64,000 nt of DNA, taken from an uncultured Alphaproteobacteria bacterium. Its GTDB lineage: Bacteria > Pseudomonadota > Alphaproteobacteria > Rhizobiales > Xanthobacteraceae. The stretch is from assembly GCA_963736355.1 (NCBI GenBank), contig CAVTOO010000002.1:257146-321145 (forward strand), in the 5' to 3' direction. The position numbers were made by a program, and so were the translations under genes. Shown here piece by piece: positions 20,779-29,606 of this stretch (position 1 is the first letter of the stretch; each line of letters opens with the position of its first letter). The notes under the pieces were generated by a model that was given only the letters and a program-made list of their open reading frames with translations, did no database searches and was not told where the DNA came from.

Positions 20779-20907
20779 CAGCTATTTAACCAAAAACCCG
20801 GATATAATCGATACTTTCAACTTTTTCTGAGTTAGCTCGAACACGCTTGGAGAGCACTTTTCTGTGGGATATCTGTGGGGAGGTGACTCCTCCTGGCAAC
20901 GCGAATT

Positions 20908-21108
20908 TTACCTAACAAATTGGCATTTCCGACGCGCATGGTCGAAAAGCATTGCAGTCATTTGGCGCCGAGCTGCGTGGCTGACACGGTTAGGGAACGG
21001 TGGGTGCCGTCGCCTGACCGCATATTTGGCGACGCTCGTCTGAGCGATCTCAATGCCGAGCTTGAGCAGTTCGCAATGAACCCGGGTGCTCCCGGAGCGG
21101 ATTGGCAA
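20908..21108 (-). pseudogene. DDE (rve-type) transposase/integrase N-terminal fragment
   Basis: GSTRVHCELLKLGIEIAQTSVAKYAVRRRHPP resembles the conserved WGAPRIHGELLKLG..AQS.VAKY segment of IS transposases. Only about 55 aa are left. Confidence 0.5.
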
Positions 21109-21216
21109 CGCTCATATCTCGGATCAGCCGACGCACTTCCGGAGACGCCGCCGGCTGACCGGGAGCCCTTGACTTGCACCGCCAATAAAAGCGAAAGCCC
21201 GCGCGATGCCTGTACG

Positions 21217-21351
21217 GCGTTGAAGGACGGCATCGCCTCCGGTAAAGTGCGCGTGCTGGTCGATCGTGTTTTTGCGCTCGACGACGTTGCCACGGCGCTC
21301 GACTATATGCCTACAAATGCTCATGTCGGAAAAAACGCCCTGCGGCCGTAG
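21217..21351 (+). pseudogene. C-terminal fragment of a zinc-type alcohol dehydrogenase/quinone oxidoreductase
   Basis: ALKDGIASGKVRVLVDRVFALDDVATALDYMPTNAHVGKNAL matches the MDR-family C-terminus (...GKivL). No upstream domain is present. Confidence 0.45.
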
Positions 21352-21477
21352 ATTTTACCTTATGACGACTGCAACAATCAGAGTTCCAGAAAACAGGTAA
21401 TCCGCTATCCTCGACAATCACGCGTCACCGCAAAACGTAAATCGCGGCCGGTGGCTTGCCGTGGCAGGACTTCACCA

Positions 21478-22539
21478 ATGCAGGCTGTGAACGAGCGCGC
21501 CGACAATATCCGCATGATCCGCGAGAGCGCCGCCGCCATCGTTCCTAGCGGTGATCTCAAGCGTATCCGCACGCTACGTTACACGCTGCCGGGGTTCGAT
21601 CCCGCCGTCTGGCGCGAAATCTGCGGTCAGGGCTGGCTCGGACTTCGCATATCCGAAGCCGACGGTGGTTCTGGTCTCGGCATGCAGGAGTATGTGGCGC
21701 TTGCCGAGGAATGCGGTGCAGGCCTCTTGCCCGAGCCCCTGATCGCCGCCTCGCTGGTTGCGCGCATTCTCCCTGCGGCGATGCTGCCCGACATCCTTTC
21801 CGGCAAGCGCCTTGTGCTGTCGGCCTTTCAGGAACACGCCAACGCCTTGTGGGACGCGCCACAAGCGGCGTTGCAGGACGGATACGTAACTGGCCGAAAA
21901 TGCTTCGTGTCGATGGCGGCGGGGGCAGATGCGTTCGTGATGACGACGGCTGGCGGGCTCGCACTGGTCGCGCGTGACGCACCCGGCATGACGCTGGCGA
22001 CCGACCTGACGCAGGACGGCGGTCATTACGGTACCCTCGTTTTTAACAACACGCCCGCTACCGCAATTCCCGCCGATCTGGCGGACGCCTTCGAGGAAGC
22101 GACATTGGCCACGGCGGGGTATCTTCTCGGCGTCACGGAACGAGCATTCGCGATGACACTCGATTATCTGCGCACACGGGTGCAGTTCGGCCAGCCGATC
22201 GGCAGTTTCCAGGCGCTGCAGCATCGCGCTGCGGACATGAAAATTCAGCTCGCGTTGACACGAGCCAGTGTCGAGGCCGCCGCTGCGACGCTCGATAGCG
22301 ATGCGACGCTCAGGTTGCGTCGCGCCGCGGTCTCGCGGGCCAAGGCGCGTGCGTCGGATGCCGCGCTGCTCATCGGCCGGGAAGCGGTACAGATGCATGG
22401 CGGCATCGGCTACACGGACGAATATGACGTCGGACTGTATTTACGCAAAGCCATGGTTCTCGCCGGGCAATTCGGATCCCCGATGCTGCACCGGGCGCGC
22501 TATGCTGAACTTGCACCCGATGACGAGAGCAACTTATGA
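21478..22539 (+). CDS. acyl-CoA dehydrogenase family protein (first of an overlapping pair)
   Basis: The start is MQAVNERADNIRMIRESAAAI. ACAD middle and C-terminal motifs are present (FGQPIGSFQALQHRAADM, VQMHGGIGYTDEYDVGLYLR). Its stop overlaps the next start (ATGA). Confidence 0.8.
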   Translation: MQAVNERADNIRMIRESAAAIVPSGDLKRIRTLRYTLPGFDPAVWREICGQGWLGLRISEADGGSGLGMQEYVALAEECGAGLLPEPLIAASLVARILPAAMLPDILSGKRLVLSAFQEHANALWDAPQAALQDGYVTGRKCFVSMAAGADAFVMTTAGGLALVARDAPGMTLATDLTQDGGHYGTLVFNNTPATAIPADLADAFEEATLATAGYLLGVTERAFAMTLDYLRTRVQFGQPIGSFQALQHRAADMKIQLALTRASVEAAAATLDSDATLRLRRAAVSRAKARASDAALLIGREAVQMHGGIGYTDEYDVGLYLRKAMVLAGQFGSPMLHRARYAELAPDDESNL

Positions 22540-23724
22540 CTGCGCCCGCCGGAATAGCGACCAACGATGATTTGAACTCCCTCGACGACGACAGCTTCCG
22601 AATGCTGGTGCGGCGCTGGGTCGAGGACAATTATCCAGTCGAGATGCGATTTCCCCAGCGGCGACTGCATTGGCGCGACAACCGCATCTGGTACGAGAAG
22701 CTCTCCACCAAAGGCTGGCTATGCCCTGGCTGGCCGCGTGAATATGGTGGCATGGGCTTGGCTGCGAGCAAGCAGCTCATCATGATAGAGGAGTTCGAAC
22801 GTCACGGCTGCGCACGGGTCAGCGACATGGGGACCATGATGCTTGGCCCGATGTTGATAAAATTTGCCAGTGATTCGCAGAAGAGGTTCTTTCTGCCGCG
22901 TATCCTCAGCGGTGAGCACATTTGGGCGCAGGGCTACAGCGAACCCAATGCCGGTTCCGATCTTGCTGCAGTGCGCACCGAAGCTGTACTCGACGGCGAG
23001 GAATGGGTCATCACCGGGCAAAAGACGTGGATCACCTTCGCCAACGACGCGAACTGGATTTTCGTCCTGGTACGCACGAACAAGTCTGCTCGCAAGCAGG
23101 AGGGCATTTCCTTCCTGCTGGTGCCGATGGACCGACCTGGCATCACGGTGCGGCCGATCCTCAATCTCGATCGTCACGACGAGTTTTGTGAAGTGTTTTT
23201 CGACGCCGTGCGCGTGCCTAAGACCAATCTTGTCGGCGAGGTCGACAAAGGCTGGACTATGGCCAAAGCGCTGCTTGGTTTCGAGCGCGTCGCAATCGGT
23301 TCTCCAAAGCTTTCGTCGCTCGGTCTGAGCCGATTAAGACTTCTCGCGCAGCGTGCGGGCATCTTCGGCGACCCTGAATTCCGCGACGTTTACACAAGGC
23401 TGCGGCTCGATCTTGCCGATCTCAAGGCGTTGTACAAATCCTATATCGAGCGGCTGCGCAATGGCGAGCCCTTGGGCGCCGACGTTTCGATCCTCAAGCT
23501 GTTCCAGAGCGAACTCTATCAGCGCATTACCAACACGATGCTCGATATTGCCGGCGAAGAAGCTGGAATGCTTGATCCGCTCGACCCTGCACGCGGAACT
23601 CAACCCGTCCGGCCAGTTCCTGCAGGCACGGCCGACCACGATCTTCGGTGGTTCGAGCGAGATTCAGCGCAATATCCTCGCGCGTGGTGTCCTAGATCTG
23701 CCAGGTGAGCCGAAGAAAACCTAG
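22536..23724 (+). pseudogene. acyl-CoA dehydrogenase family protein, C-terminal frameshift
   Basis: The ACAD body is present (WAQGYSEPNAGSDLAAVRTEA..., GWTMAKALLGFERV). Near 23593 the frame shifts to ...LHAELNPSGQFLQARPTTIFGGSSEIQRNILARGVLDLPGEPKKT*. Confidence 0.75.
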
Positions 23725-24990
23725 TCACTTGCCGGCGAGAATGCCTTCGCGATAGAGCTCCTCTATCTCGTCATCCACCATGTCCAGCCGCTCGCGCAAC
23801 AATTCGCGCGTATGTTCGCCATGCAGCGGCGGATGCCGGTCGTAACTAACCGGTGTATCCGAAAATCGCACCGGATTGGCGACGATCGAAACCTGGCCGA
23901 CCTTCGGATGGGAAATCTTTTTCAGCATCTCGCGGTGAATAATTTGCGGATCGGCGAAGGCCTGTTCAAAGTTGTTGATTGGACCGGAGGCGACGCCAAC
24001 ATCGGCGAGCGCCGTCGTCCAGTCCGTCGCGTTTCGGGTTATGAGGCACGCAGCGAGCATTTCGACCAACTCGGCCGAATTTTCTATGCGCTTGCGATTG
24101 ACGGCAAAACGCGGATCGGTCGCGAGTTCCGGACGGCCAAGCACCTCGGCAAATCGCGCAAATTGCTGATCGTTGCCGACCGCGATCATGATCGGCATGT
24201 CGGCGCAATCGAAGGCCTGCCACGGACAGGTGATCTGCGATGCCGCGCCGTTGCAAATCGGCATGCGACCCGAGGCGAGATAATTCATGGCGATATGGGA
24301 AACAGCATGCAGTTGCGCGTCAAGCAGAGCTAGGTCGATATATTGCCCGCGGCCAGACACCCGATCGCGATGATTGAGCGCGCCGAGAATGGCAATGGCT
24401 GCGTAATAGCCTGCCGTGATGTCCGAGACGCTGTAGCCGACGAGGTTGGCGCCGGCTCCGGGTTTCCCGTCCGGCACGCCGGTGATGCTCATCAGCCCAC
24501 TCATTGCCTGAAAGATTGGATCGTAACCGGGCAGGTGATTGTATGGACCGTCTTGACCGAATCCGGTGATCGAACAATAGACGAGACGGGGATTGGTGGA
24601 ACTCATCGTCTCGTAGTCGAGCCCAAAGCGCTTAAGATTGCCGGTCTTGAAATTCTCGATTACGACGTCGCATTGCTCGGCAAGGCGGCGTACCAGACGC
24701 TGGCCTGCTGGTTTTCCAATATCGATGGCGATCGAACGCTTGCCGCAATTCATTGCGAGATAGGAAGACGTCTCCCCACTGTCCCGGCCCTCGGCGTCTT
24801 TGTAAGGGACTCCCATGTGGCGGACATCGTCTCCGCCCTTGGGATGTTCTACCTTTATGACATCCGCGCCGAAATCAGCGAGAAGCTGTCCACACCAAGG
24901 TCCGGCAAAGACACGGCTGAGATCGAGCACGCGGACATGTGACAGCAATCCGGGCTTTGAACCGTTCCCTACAACATCACTGCTTGACAT
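23725..24990 (-). CDS. family III CoA-transferase (CaiB/BaiF-type)
   Basis: 421 aa. LSHVRVLDLSRVFAGPWCGQLLADFGADVIKVEHP is the family III signature N-terminus. Confidence 0.85.
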   Translation of the reverse strand: MSSSDVVGNGSKPGLLSHVRVLDLSRVFAGPWCGQLLADFGADVIKVEHPKGGDDVRHMGVPYKDAEGRDSGETSSYLAMNCGKRSIAIDIGKPAGQRLVRRLAEQCDVVIENFKTGNLKRFGLDYETMSSTNPRLVYCSITGFGQDGPYNHLPGYDPIFQAMSGLMSITGVPDGKPGAGANLVGYSVSDITAGYYAAIAILGALNHRDRVSGRGQYIDLALLDAQLHAVSHIAMNYLASGRMPICNGAASQITCPWQAFDCADMPIMIAVGNDQQFARFAEVLGRPELATDPRFAVNRKRIENSAELVEMLAACLITRNATDWTTALADVGVASGPINNFEQAFADPQIIHREMLKKISHPKVGQVSIVANPVRFSDTPVSYDRHPPLHGEHTRELLRERLDMVDDEIEELYREGILAGK

Positions 24991-25136
24991 GATTTCGCCG
25001 CTCCTAAGACCCTTGTACCTTATATGTCATCGGCAATAGCGGTGTAAAACGCTCTTCGGAGCGTACTTGTGGTAAGCGCGGTTGCGCTCTGACGTAAATC
25101 AAGTCCGAATATATTGATGACGCAATCCGCCGAGGA

Positions 25137-25379
25137 TTGGGCGACAAAGAATGCGCCCCAACGACTGTCATGTCCGCGCGCGGCTACGAGACTTTTCGGC
25201 ATACGGCCGCGACGTGGCTCATGCAAGCCGGCACAGACCGCTGGCAAGCTGCTGGATTTTTGGGGATGTCGGTCGAGATGTTAGAGCGCACTTACGGGCA
25301 TCATCATCCGGACCATTTTGGCAATGCTGTCGCTAACATTGCGCAAAAGCCAAGGATCGGGCGGAGCCGCGTTTCATAA
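25137..25379 (+). pseudogene. tyrosine recombinase (phage-type integrase), C-terminal ~65 aa stub
   Basis: It reads [40 protein letters not shown], which carries box II R-H...Y. The N-terminal core-binding and catalytic parts are missing. It ends 50 nt from tRNA-fragment copy 2. Confidence 0.7.
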
Positions 25380-25422
25380 CGGGAACGACGGGCGAACAAA
25401 CCAGCATTCGTTTCTGCGGGGA

Positions 25423-25740
25423 TTACTGTGGGGACCGCCTGGACTCGAACCAGGAACCAGACCGTATGGTGGCGGGTTTGTAGGGACGCATTCCTTCTGA
25501 GATCGTAACGCTGTTGCCCAGGTTCAGTTGTGCGACCCAAGCCATGGCGATGCCGTCGAACTCTCTTTCCGGCAGCCAAATTTTCGGGCCATTCAGCGAT
25601 GCGCCGAGCACGCCGAAGTCATTTTTTATCTTCTCGAAATCGAGACCTTCGACCAGTGCCTGCGGGGATGTGTCTTCGACGCCGGGATCTTCTTTGAGGA
25701 GTACATGCTGGACGTTCCGAAGGAAGAACCACTCCGCCAT
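25423..25740 (-). CDS. hypothetical protein (island-borne), 3' end reads through tRNA-fragment copy 2
   Basis: 105-aa ORF (MAEWFFLRNVQHVLLKEDPGVEDTSPQALVEGLDFEKIKNDFGVL...). It sits in a lower-GC stretch and I recognise no family. Confidence 0.35.
   Translation of the reverse strand: MAEWFFLRNVQHVLLKEDPGVEDTSPQALVEGLDFEKIKNDFGVLGASLNGPKIWLPEREFDGIAMAWVAQLNLGNSVTISEGMRPYKPATIRSGSWFESRRSPQ
25428..25478 (-). repeat. direct repeat copy 2: degenerate 3' part of the tRNA(CAU) gene
   Basis: CCGCCTGGACTCGAACCAGGAACCAGACCGT at 25435-25465 is identical to the tRNA. The flanks are degenerate. Confidence 0.75.
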
Positions 25741-25953
25741 TCGATCAATGGATTACGGATACCGTGGCCAGCGTATTGCCCTTAAGGACACTATCATTTT
25801 AATCGAGAGTGTAAGCACGAAGCTTATGGAGAGAGCGTCGATGTTCCTAAGAACAGAGTCCACCTCGCTGATGCCGAGATGCGGCTGACCGTCGCAGAGT
25901 TTAAAGCGGCGCTTCGCCGAGGCATGAGTGCTCGGCCAAATGGAGGGTAACGA

Positions 25954-26926
25954 ATGCGCAAGCTGACGATCGGATATTTTTGGCTGATGACAATGTCGCT
26001 GTGCGCTTTGAGCGGACCCTCGTACGCGCAAACCATTGGCTATTCCGGAGCGGTCGGGCAGCTTGCCGCAGCTTGCGGCGCTGACATCGGAAAGTATTGC
26101 GGCAAGGCCACGCTCGGCGGCGGCCGCATGAGCCAATGCCTAGAGCAAAATCGCGCCTCAATCTCAGCTGGCTGCAAGACGAGCCTGAACCAAATGGCGT
26201 CCTTGCTCAACACCAGGGCGGAGGCACGCGCCGCGGTCATGCAAATCTGCCGCTCCGACGTGGGGCGCCTCTGCCAGGGCGTTGTGACCGGCGATGGCAA
26301 TCTGATGGAATGTTACTCAAGGCGAAGGCACGTTTCAGTGCGGCGTGCCAGAAAGCGATCACCGATGCCGGCTACGAGGCGACCATTAACGCGGGTGCCT
26401 CGACGTCTCAGGTCAAGCTCAGTTCGGGCGACCTTATCAACAGTCTGCAAGGCGCCGAACAGGCTGGCACCGCATTGACGGCCGCACGCCTGCGTCAGAT
26501 GGCGCTGCGAAGCCTGAATGATCCGGCCCGCGCCAGCCGGATGAACCGCCCACCCTTGACCGACGAGCTTGAGAAGCTCGCGCAGCTGACGATCGCGATC
26601 AATTTCGATCTTGGCTCGGCGCGCATTCGCCCTGATTCATTCCAAGCGGTCGGCCTGATGGCGGACTCGCTCGATCATCCGTACCTGCAAAGCTACCGGT
26701 TTCTGATCGTCGGTCATACCGACGCCAGAGGCAACCGCGAAGTCCAATCTGAAGCTGAGCGAGCAGCGCGCCGCCGCGATTCGCGAAGCGTTGATCAATC
26801 CGTTCGGGATAGCTGCGTCGCGCCTCGAGTTGGTGGGCTGGCGAGGAGCAACTGCTGAAGCCGTCCAATCCGGAGGCAGGCGAGAACCGACGCGTGCAGC
26901 TGATCAACGTCGGCCCCACGCGTTGA
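25954..26926 (+). pseudogene. OmpA/MotB C-terminal-domain protein with N-terminal Cys-rich repeats, about 3 frameshifts
   Basis: It has a signal peptide and two C-x-D-x4-C...C-x11-C repeats. The OmpA_C part follows (IAINFDLGSARIRPDS..., FLIVGHTDARGNR/SNLKLSEQRAAAIREAL/GEEQLLKPSNPEAGENRRVQLINV). Frame changes occur near 26316, 26742 and 26840. Confidence 0.7.
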
Positions 26927-26980
26927 ATTGCGGCACCGCGGCCTAGTGATCGCTGCCCTTGCGCCGCTTTGACAAAATAT

Positions 26981-27030
26981 TGGTGGGCCCGGGAGGACTC
27001 GAACCTCCAACCAGACCGTTATGAGCGGTC
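26981..27030 (-). repeat. direct repeat copy 3: 3' 50 nt of a variant tRNA(CAU) with a fully compensated different T-stem
   Basis: The sequence is TGGTGGGCCCG-GGAGG-ACTCGAA-CCTCC-AACCAGACCGTTATGAGCGGTC. The intact gene has CCTGG/CCAGG in the T-stem. Confidence 0.85.
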
Positions 27031-27189
27031 TACTCGATCCCGCAAAGCCAGCAAAATCCGTTGATTTTCGTGACGTTCGAGGCCACGTTGTTCGCGGCTG
27101 TTCACGGGGTTTCTGTGGTCAATCTGTGGTCCGTTCCTGGGATCGGCCGCACTGGATAAAGCGCATTGCAGGAGACCGAGCCGCTTCGG

Positions 27190-27648
27190 CTACAGCTTCT
27201 TCGAGTTTTTCCTCCGACGAGCTTTGGGACCAGACAGATTTTCCGTCGGCCTCAAATGACCTTTTGCTGCGGCATGAACAAGTCGCTTGAACGTCGGGCA
27301 TTCGAAATGGCTCGGGGCGGGACAATTCGCAGCGTGTCGGAGGCCATCTCGCATAGCAGTCATATGCTTGATACGTCGGTCTAGCTCATCAGCTTTGGCC
27401 GCTAGCTTCTCTCGGCGGATATCCACCTTCCCCATTGGAGCGAACATCTGCGCTATCTCTTCTAAGCTGAAGCCCGCTGTTTGCCCCAAAGCAATCAGTC
27501 CTAAACGCTCCAAGATGCCCGGCTCGAACAACCTCTTGAGCCCGCTCCGCCCCACCGATTGGATAAGTTTCTTTTCTTCATAGAAGCGCAAGGCCGATGC
27601 GGGCTGGCCCGATAAACGAGAAACCTCAGCAATATCGAGTAATTTCAT
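27190..27648 (-). CDS. MerR family transcriptional regulator with C-terminal C-X7-C motif
   Basis: MKLLDIAEVSRLSGQPASALRFYEEKKLI is the MerR HTH. A dimerisation helix follows, then NCPAPSHFECP. The start is at 27648. Confidence 0.85.
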   Translation of the reverse strand: MKLLDIAEVSRLSGQPASALRFYEEKKLIQSVGRSGLKRLFEPGILERLGLIALGQTAGFSLEEIAQMFAPMGKVDIRREKLAAKADELDRRIKHMTAMRDGLRHAANCPAPSHFECPTFKRLVHAAAKGHLRPTENLSGPKARRRKNSKKL

Positions 27649-27650
27649 GC

Positions 27651-27681
27651 TTGACCTCAAGTTCACTTGAACTTGTAAGGT
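27651..27681 (+). promoter_or_regulatory. MerR-type promoter/operator: -35 TTGACC, 19-bp spacer containing a dyad, -10 TAAGGT
   Basis: The sequence is TTGACC-tCAAGTTCAcTTGAACTTG-TAAGGT. The dyad CAAGTTCA/TGAACTTG has a 2-nt centre. The element lies between the divergent merR-like gene and the DUF2938 gene. Confidence 0.7.
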
Positions 27682-27715
27682 AAGTCATGGTTGCAAACGA
27701 AACAAGGGAAATACG

Positions 27716-28204
27716 GTGATCGAGATTGTTGCCAGAACAGTGGCTACCGGTGTGATTGCCACGGCGATCATGGACATGGCGTCGTTAGCCTTGAAGTATC
27801 TGAGGCTCTTCGACAGTCCGGATTATCGCCTCGTCGGCCGCTGGATTGGACACATGGTCATCACGCGAAGCTTCGCTCACAAGAGCATGGCCCGCGTGCA
27901 GCGAATTCCGTTTGAGACCGGAATTGGATGGGCGACGCACTACGCAACCGGCATTGTGTTTGCTGCGCTACTCGTTGCCATCGCTGGCCCGCAATGGCTG
28001 GCAGCCCCGACGCTCATTCCTGCCGTGCTGACAGGTTTCGTCACCATCGCCTTGCCTCTGTTCGTCATGCAGCCGGCATTTGGACTGGGGGTCGCAGCGC
28101 GCCTCTCATCCAACCCTCGCAAAGCGCTGTTACGGAGCCTGCTGAATCACCTGTCCTTTGGCCTGGGTCTTTACTCAGCCGCAGCGATCTCAGCAGCCCT
28201 CTAA
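27716..28204 (+). CDS. DUF2938 family membrane protein
   Basis: 162 aa with a GTG start after AAGGGA. GRWIGHM...GWATHYATGIVFAALL...MQPAFGLGVAA are motifs as I recall for DUF2938. Confidence 0.65.
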   Translation: MIEIVARTVATGVIATAIMDMASLALKYLRLFDSPDYRLVGRWIGHMVITRSFAHKSMARVQRIPFETGIGWATHYATGIVFAALLVAIAGPQWLAAPTLIPAVLTGFVTIALPLFVMQPAFGLGVAARLSSNPRKALLRSLLNHLSFGLGLYSAAAISAAL

Positions 28205-28227
28205 CCAACCCTCGAAAGGAAGATACA

Positions 28228-28452
28228 ATGATTTCCCCAAAGCTCGCGCCTATACTGTTCGGGTTCATCTTGTCGGCCCTCATGTCGTTTATCGTCTCTG
28301 GCATCTCAACCGTACGCACGACGGGACTCATCGACGGCTTTGCCAGTCTTTGGATTTCGGCATGGTTGCCGTCCTGGCTTATCGCCTTCCCGATCGTGCT
28401 GGTCGTTGCTCCGATTGCACGAAAAGCGGTTCAACGACTTGTCAGAACCTGA
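28228..28452 (+). CDS. DUF2798 family small membrane protein
   Basis: 74 aa starting at ATG 28228, with two TM helices (MISPKLAPILFGFILSALMSFIVSGISTV...). AGGAAGA lies upstream. Confidence 0.6.
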   Translation: MISPKLAPILFGFILSALMSFIVSGISTVRTTGLIDGFASLWISAWLPSWLIAFPIVLVVAPIARKAVQRLVRT

Positions 28453-28455
28453 AAC

Positions 28456-28488
28456 GATCAGGCGGGGGCAACCCACCCCCGCCTGATC
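28456..28488 (+). terminator. 13-bp perfect-stem hairpin after the DUF2798 gene (no U-tract)
   Basis: The sequence is GATCAGGCGGGGG-caaccca-CCCCCGCCTGATC. Confidence 0.35.
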
Positions 28489-28544
28489 GGGTCCTTGCAA
28501 GACCTTCAAATCGTCCGGCGTCATCATTTCTCAGGAGACAGGCC

Positions 28545-29504
28545 TTGCGCCACGTTCTGCCGACGTTTGCCGTGCTCATCGCCATTCTCGGGTGGACCGG
28601 GAATGCTCGTGCTCAATTCCGTACCGAGATTTATCCAATTGAAACGCGCAACCCAGGCGCAGCGCAGTTTCTCAACGGGACGGCTGAAGGTCCGGGCGCC
28701 GTGATCAGCGGCGAGCTGCGAATACCGAGATTCGGCGATGAGCGCTTTCCGGCCATCATTTTAGTCCACGGCTCCGGCGGCATCGCGAGCAACGTCACTG
28801 ACTGGGCGAATGAACTCAACAAGCTTGGCCTGGTCGTGTTCATTCTCGACAGCTTTACCGGCCGCGGCATCACCGACACCATGGCGGATCAAAGTCAGCT
28901 TTCAATTTACGCGATGCTCCATGATTCCTATCGCGCACTCGACATCCTATCAAAGCACCAGCGCGTCGATCCGAAGCGGATCGCGATCATGGGCTTCTCA
29001 AAAGGGGCTTTTGCCTCGCACTACTCTGCGATGCGACGGTTCAGCGAAATCTTCGCTCCGCGAGGCGTGCAGTTCGCAGCGCACATTTCCTTCTATGCAG
29101 CATGCGAGACGACATACATAGACGATACGAAACTGACCGGCGCGCCGGTGCGCATGTTTCACGGGCTTGCCGATGATTATATTCCCGCGGCGCCGTGCAA
29201 GGACTACGTGCAGAGGCTGAAAGCGGCAGGCGCTGACGCAGAACTGTTCGAGTACGCAGGTGCGCGTCACGCATTTGATACGCGGATGCCCGGACCGATC
29301 CCGCTTCCACAGGCCATCACCATTCGCAAATGCCGGCTCGCAGAACGTCCACTTGGCACGATCGTAAACGAGGAGACCGGCAAACCGCTGTCGATGGGTG
29401 ACGCCTGCGTTGAGCGCGGCGCAAGTATCGCGCCGGATGCGGCAGCCCTGTCTGCGTCCCGAAAGGAAGTCGCGGACTTTCTCAAGGCGCAGTTCAAATT
29501 GTAG
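28545..29504 (+). CDS. dienelactone hydrolase family protein (secreted)
   Basis: The TTG at 28545 lies 6 nt after AGGAGA. It has a signal peptide, then AIILVHGSGGI, and a MGFSKGAF nucleophile motif. The upstream part of track ORF 28158.. overlaps the DUF2798 gene and is rejected. Confidence 0.75.
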   Translation: MRHVLPTFAVLIAILGWTGNARAQFRTEIYPIETRNPGAAQFLNGTAEGPGAVISGELRIPRFGDERFPAIILVHGSGGIASNVTDWANELNKLGLVVFILDSFTGRGITDTMADQSQLSIYAMLHDSYRALDILSKHQRVDPKRIAIMGFSKGAFASHYSAMRRFSEIFAPRGVQFAAHISFYAACETTYIDDTKLTGAPVRMFHGLADDYIPAAPCKDYVQRLKAAGADAELFEYAGARHAFDTRMPGPIPLPQAITIRKCRLAERPLGTIVNEETGKPLSMGDACVERGASIAPDAAALSASRKEVADFLKAQFKL

Positions 29505-29606
29505 ACAAGGCGGCTACCACGACCCGGGCGGAAAGCGCTTGAAGGCCAGCCGCGCGGGCGGCCGGCGTCGCGGCATCACGTCAGGAAATGGGAACGGCAT
29601 AGACTA

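Noticed and set aside
28158-28544. N-terminal extension of the dienelactone hydrolase ORF
   Set aside because: It overlaps the DUF2938 and DUF2798 genes in another frame. A TTG start with a good AGGAGA site at 28545 directly precedes the signal peptide.
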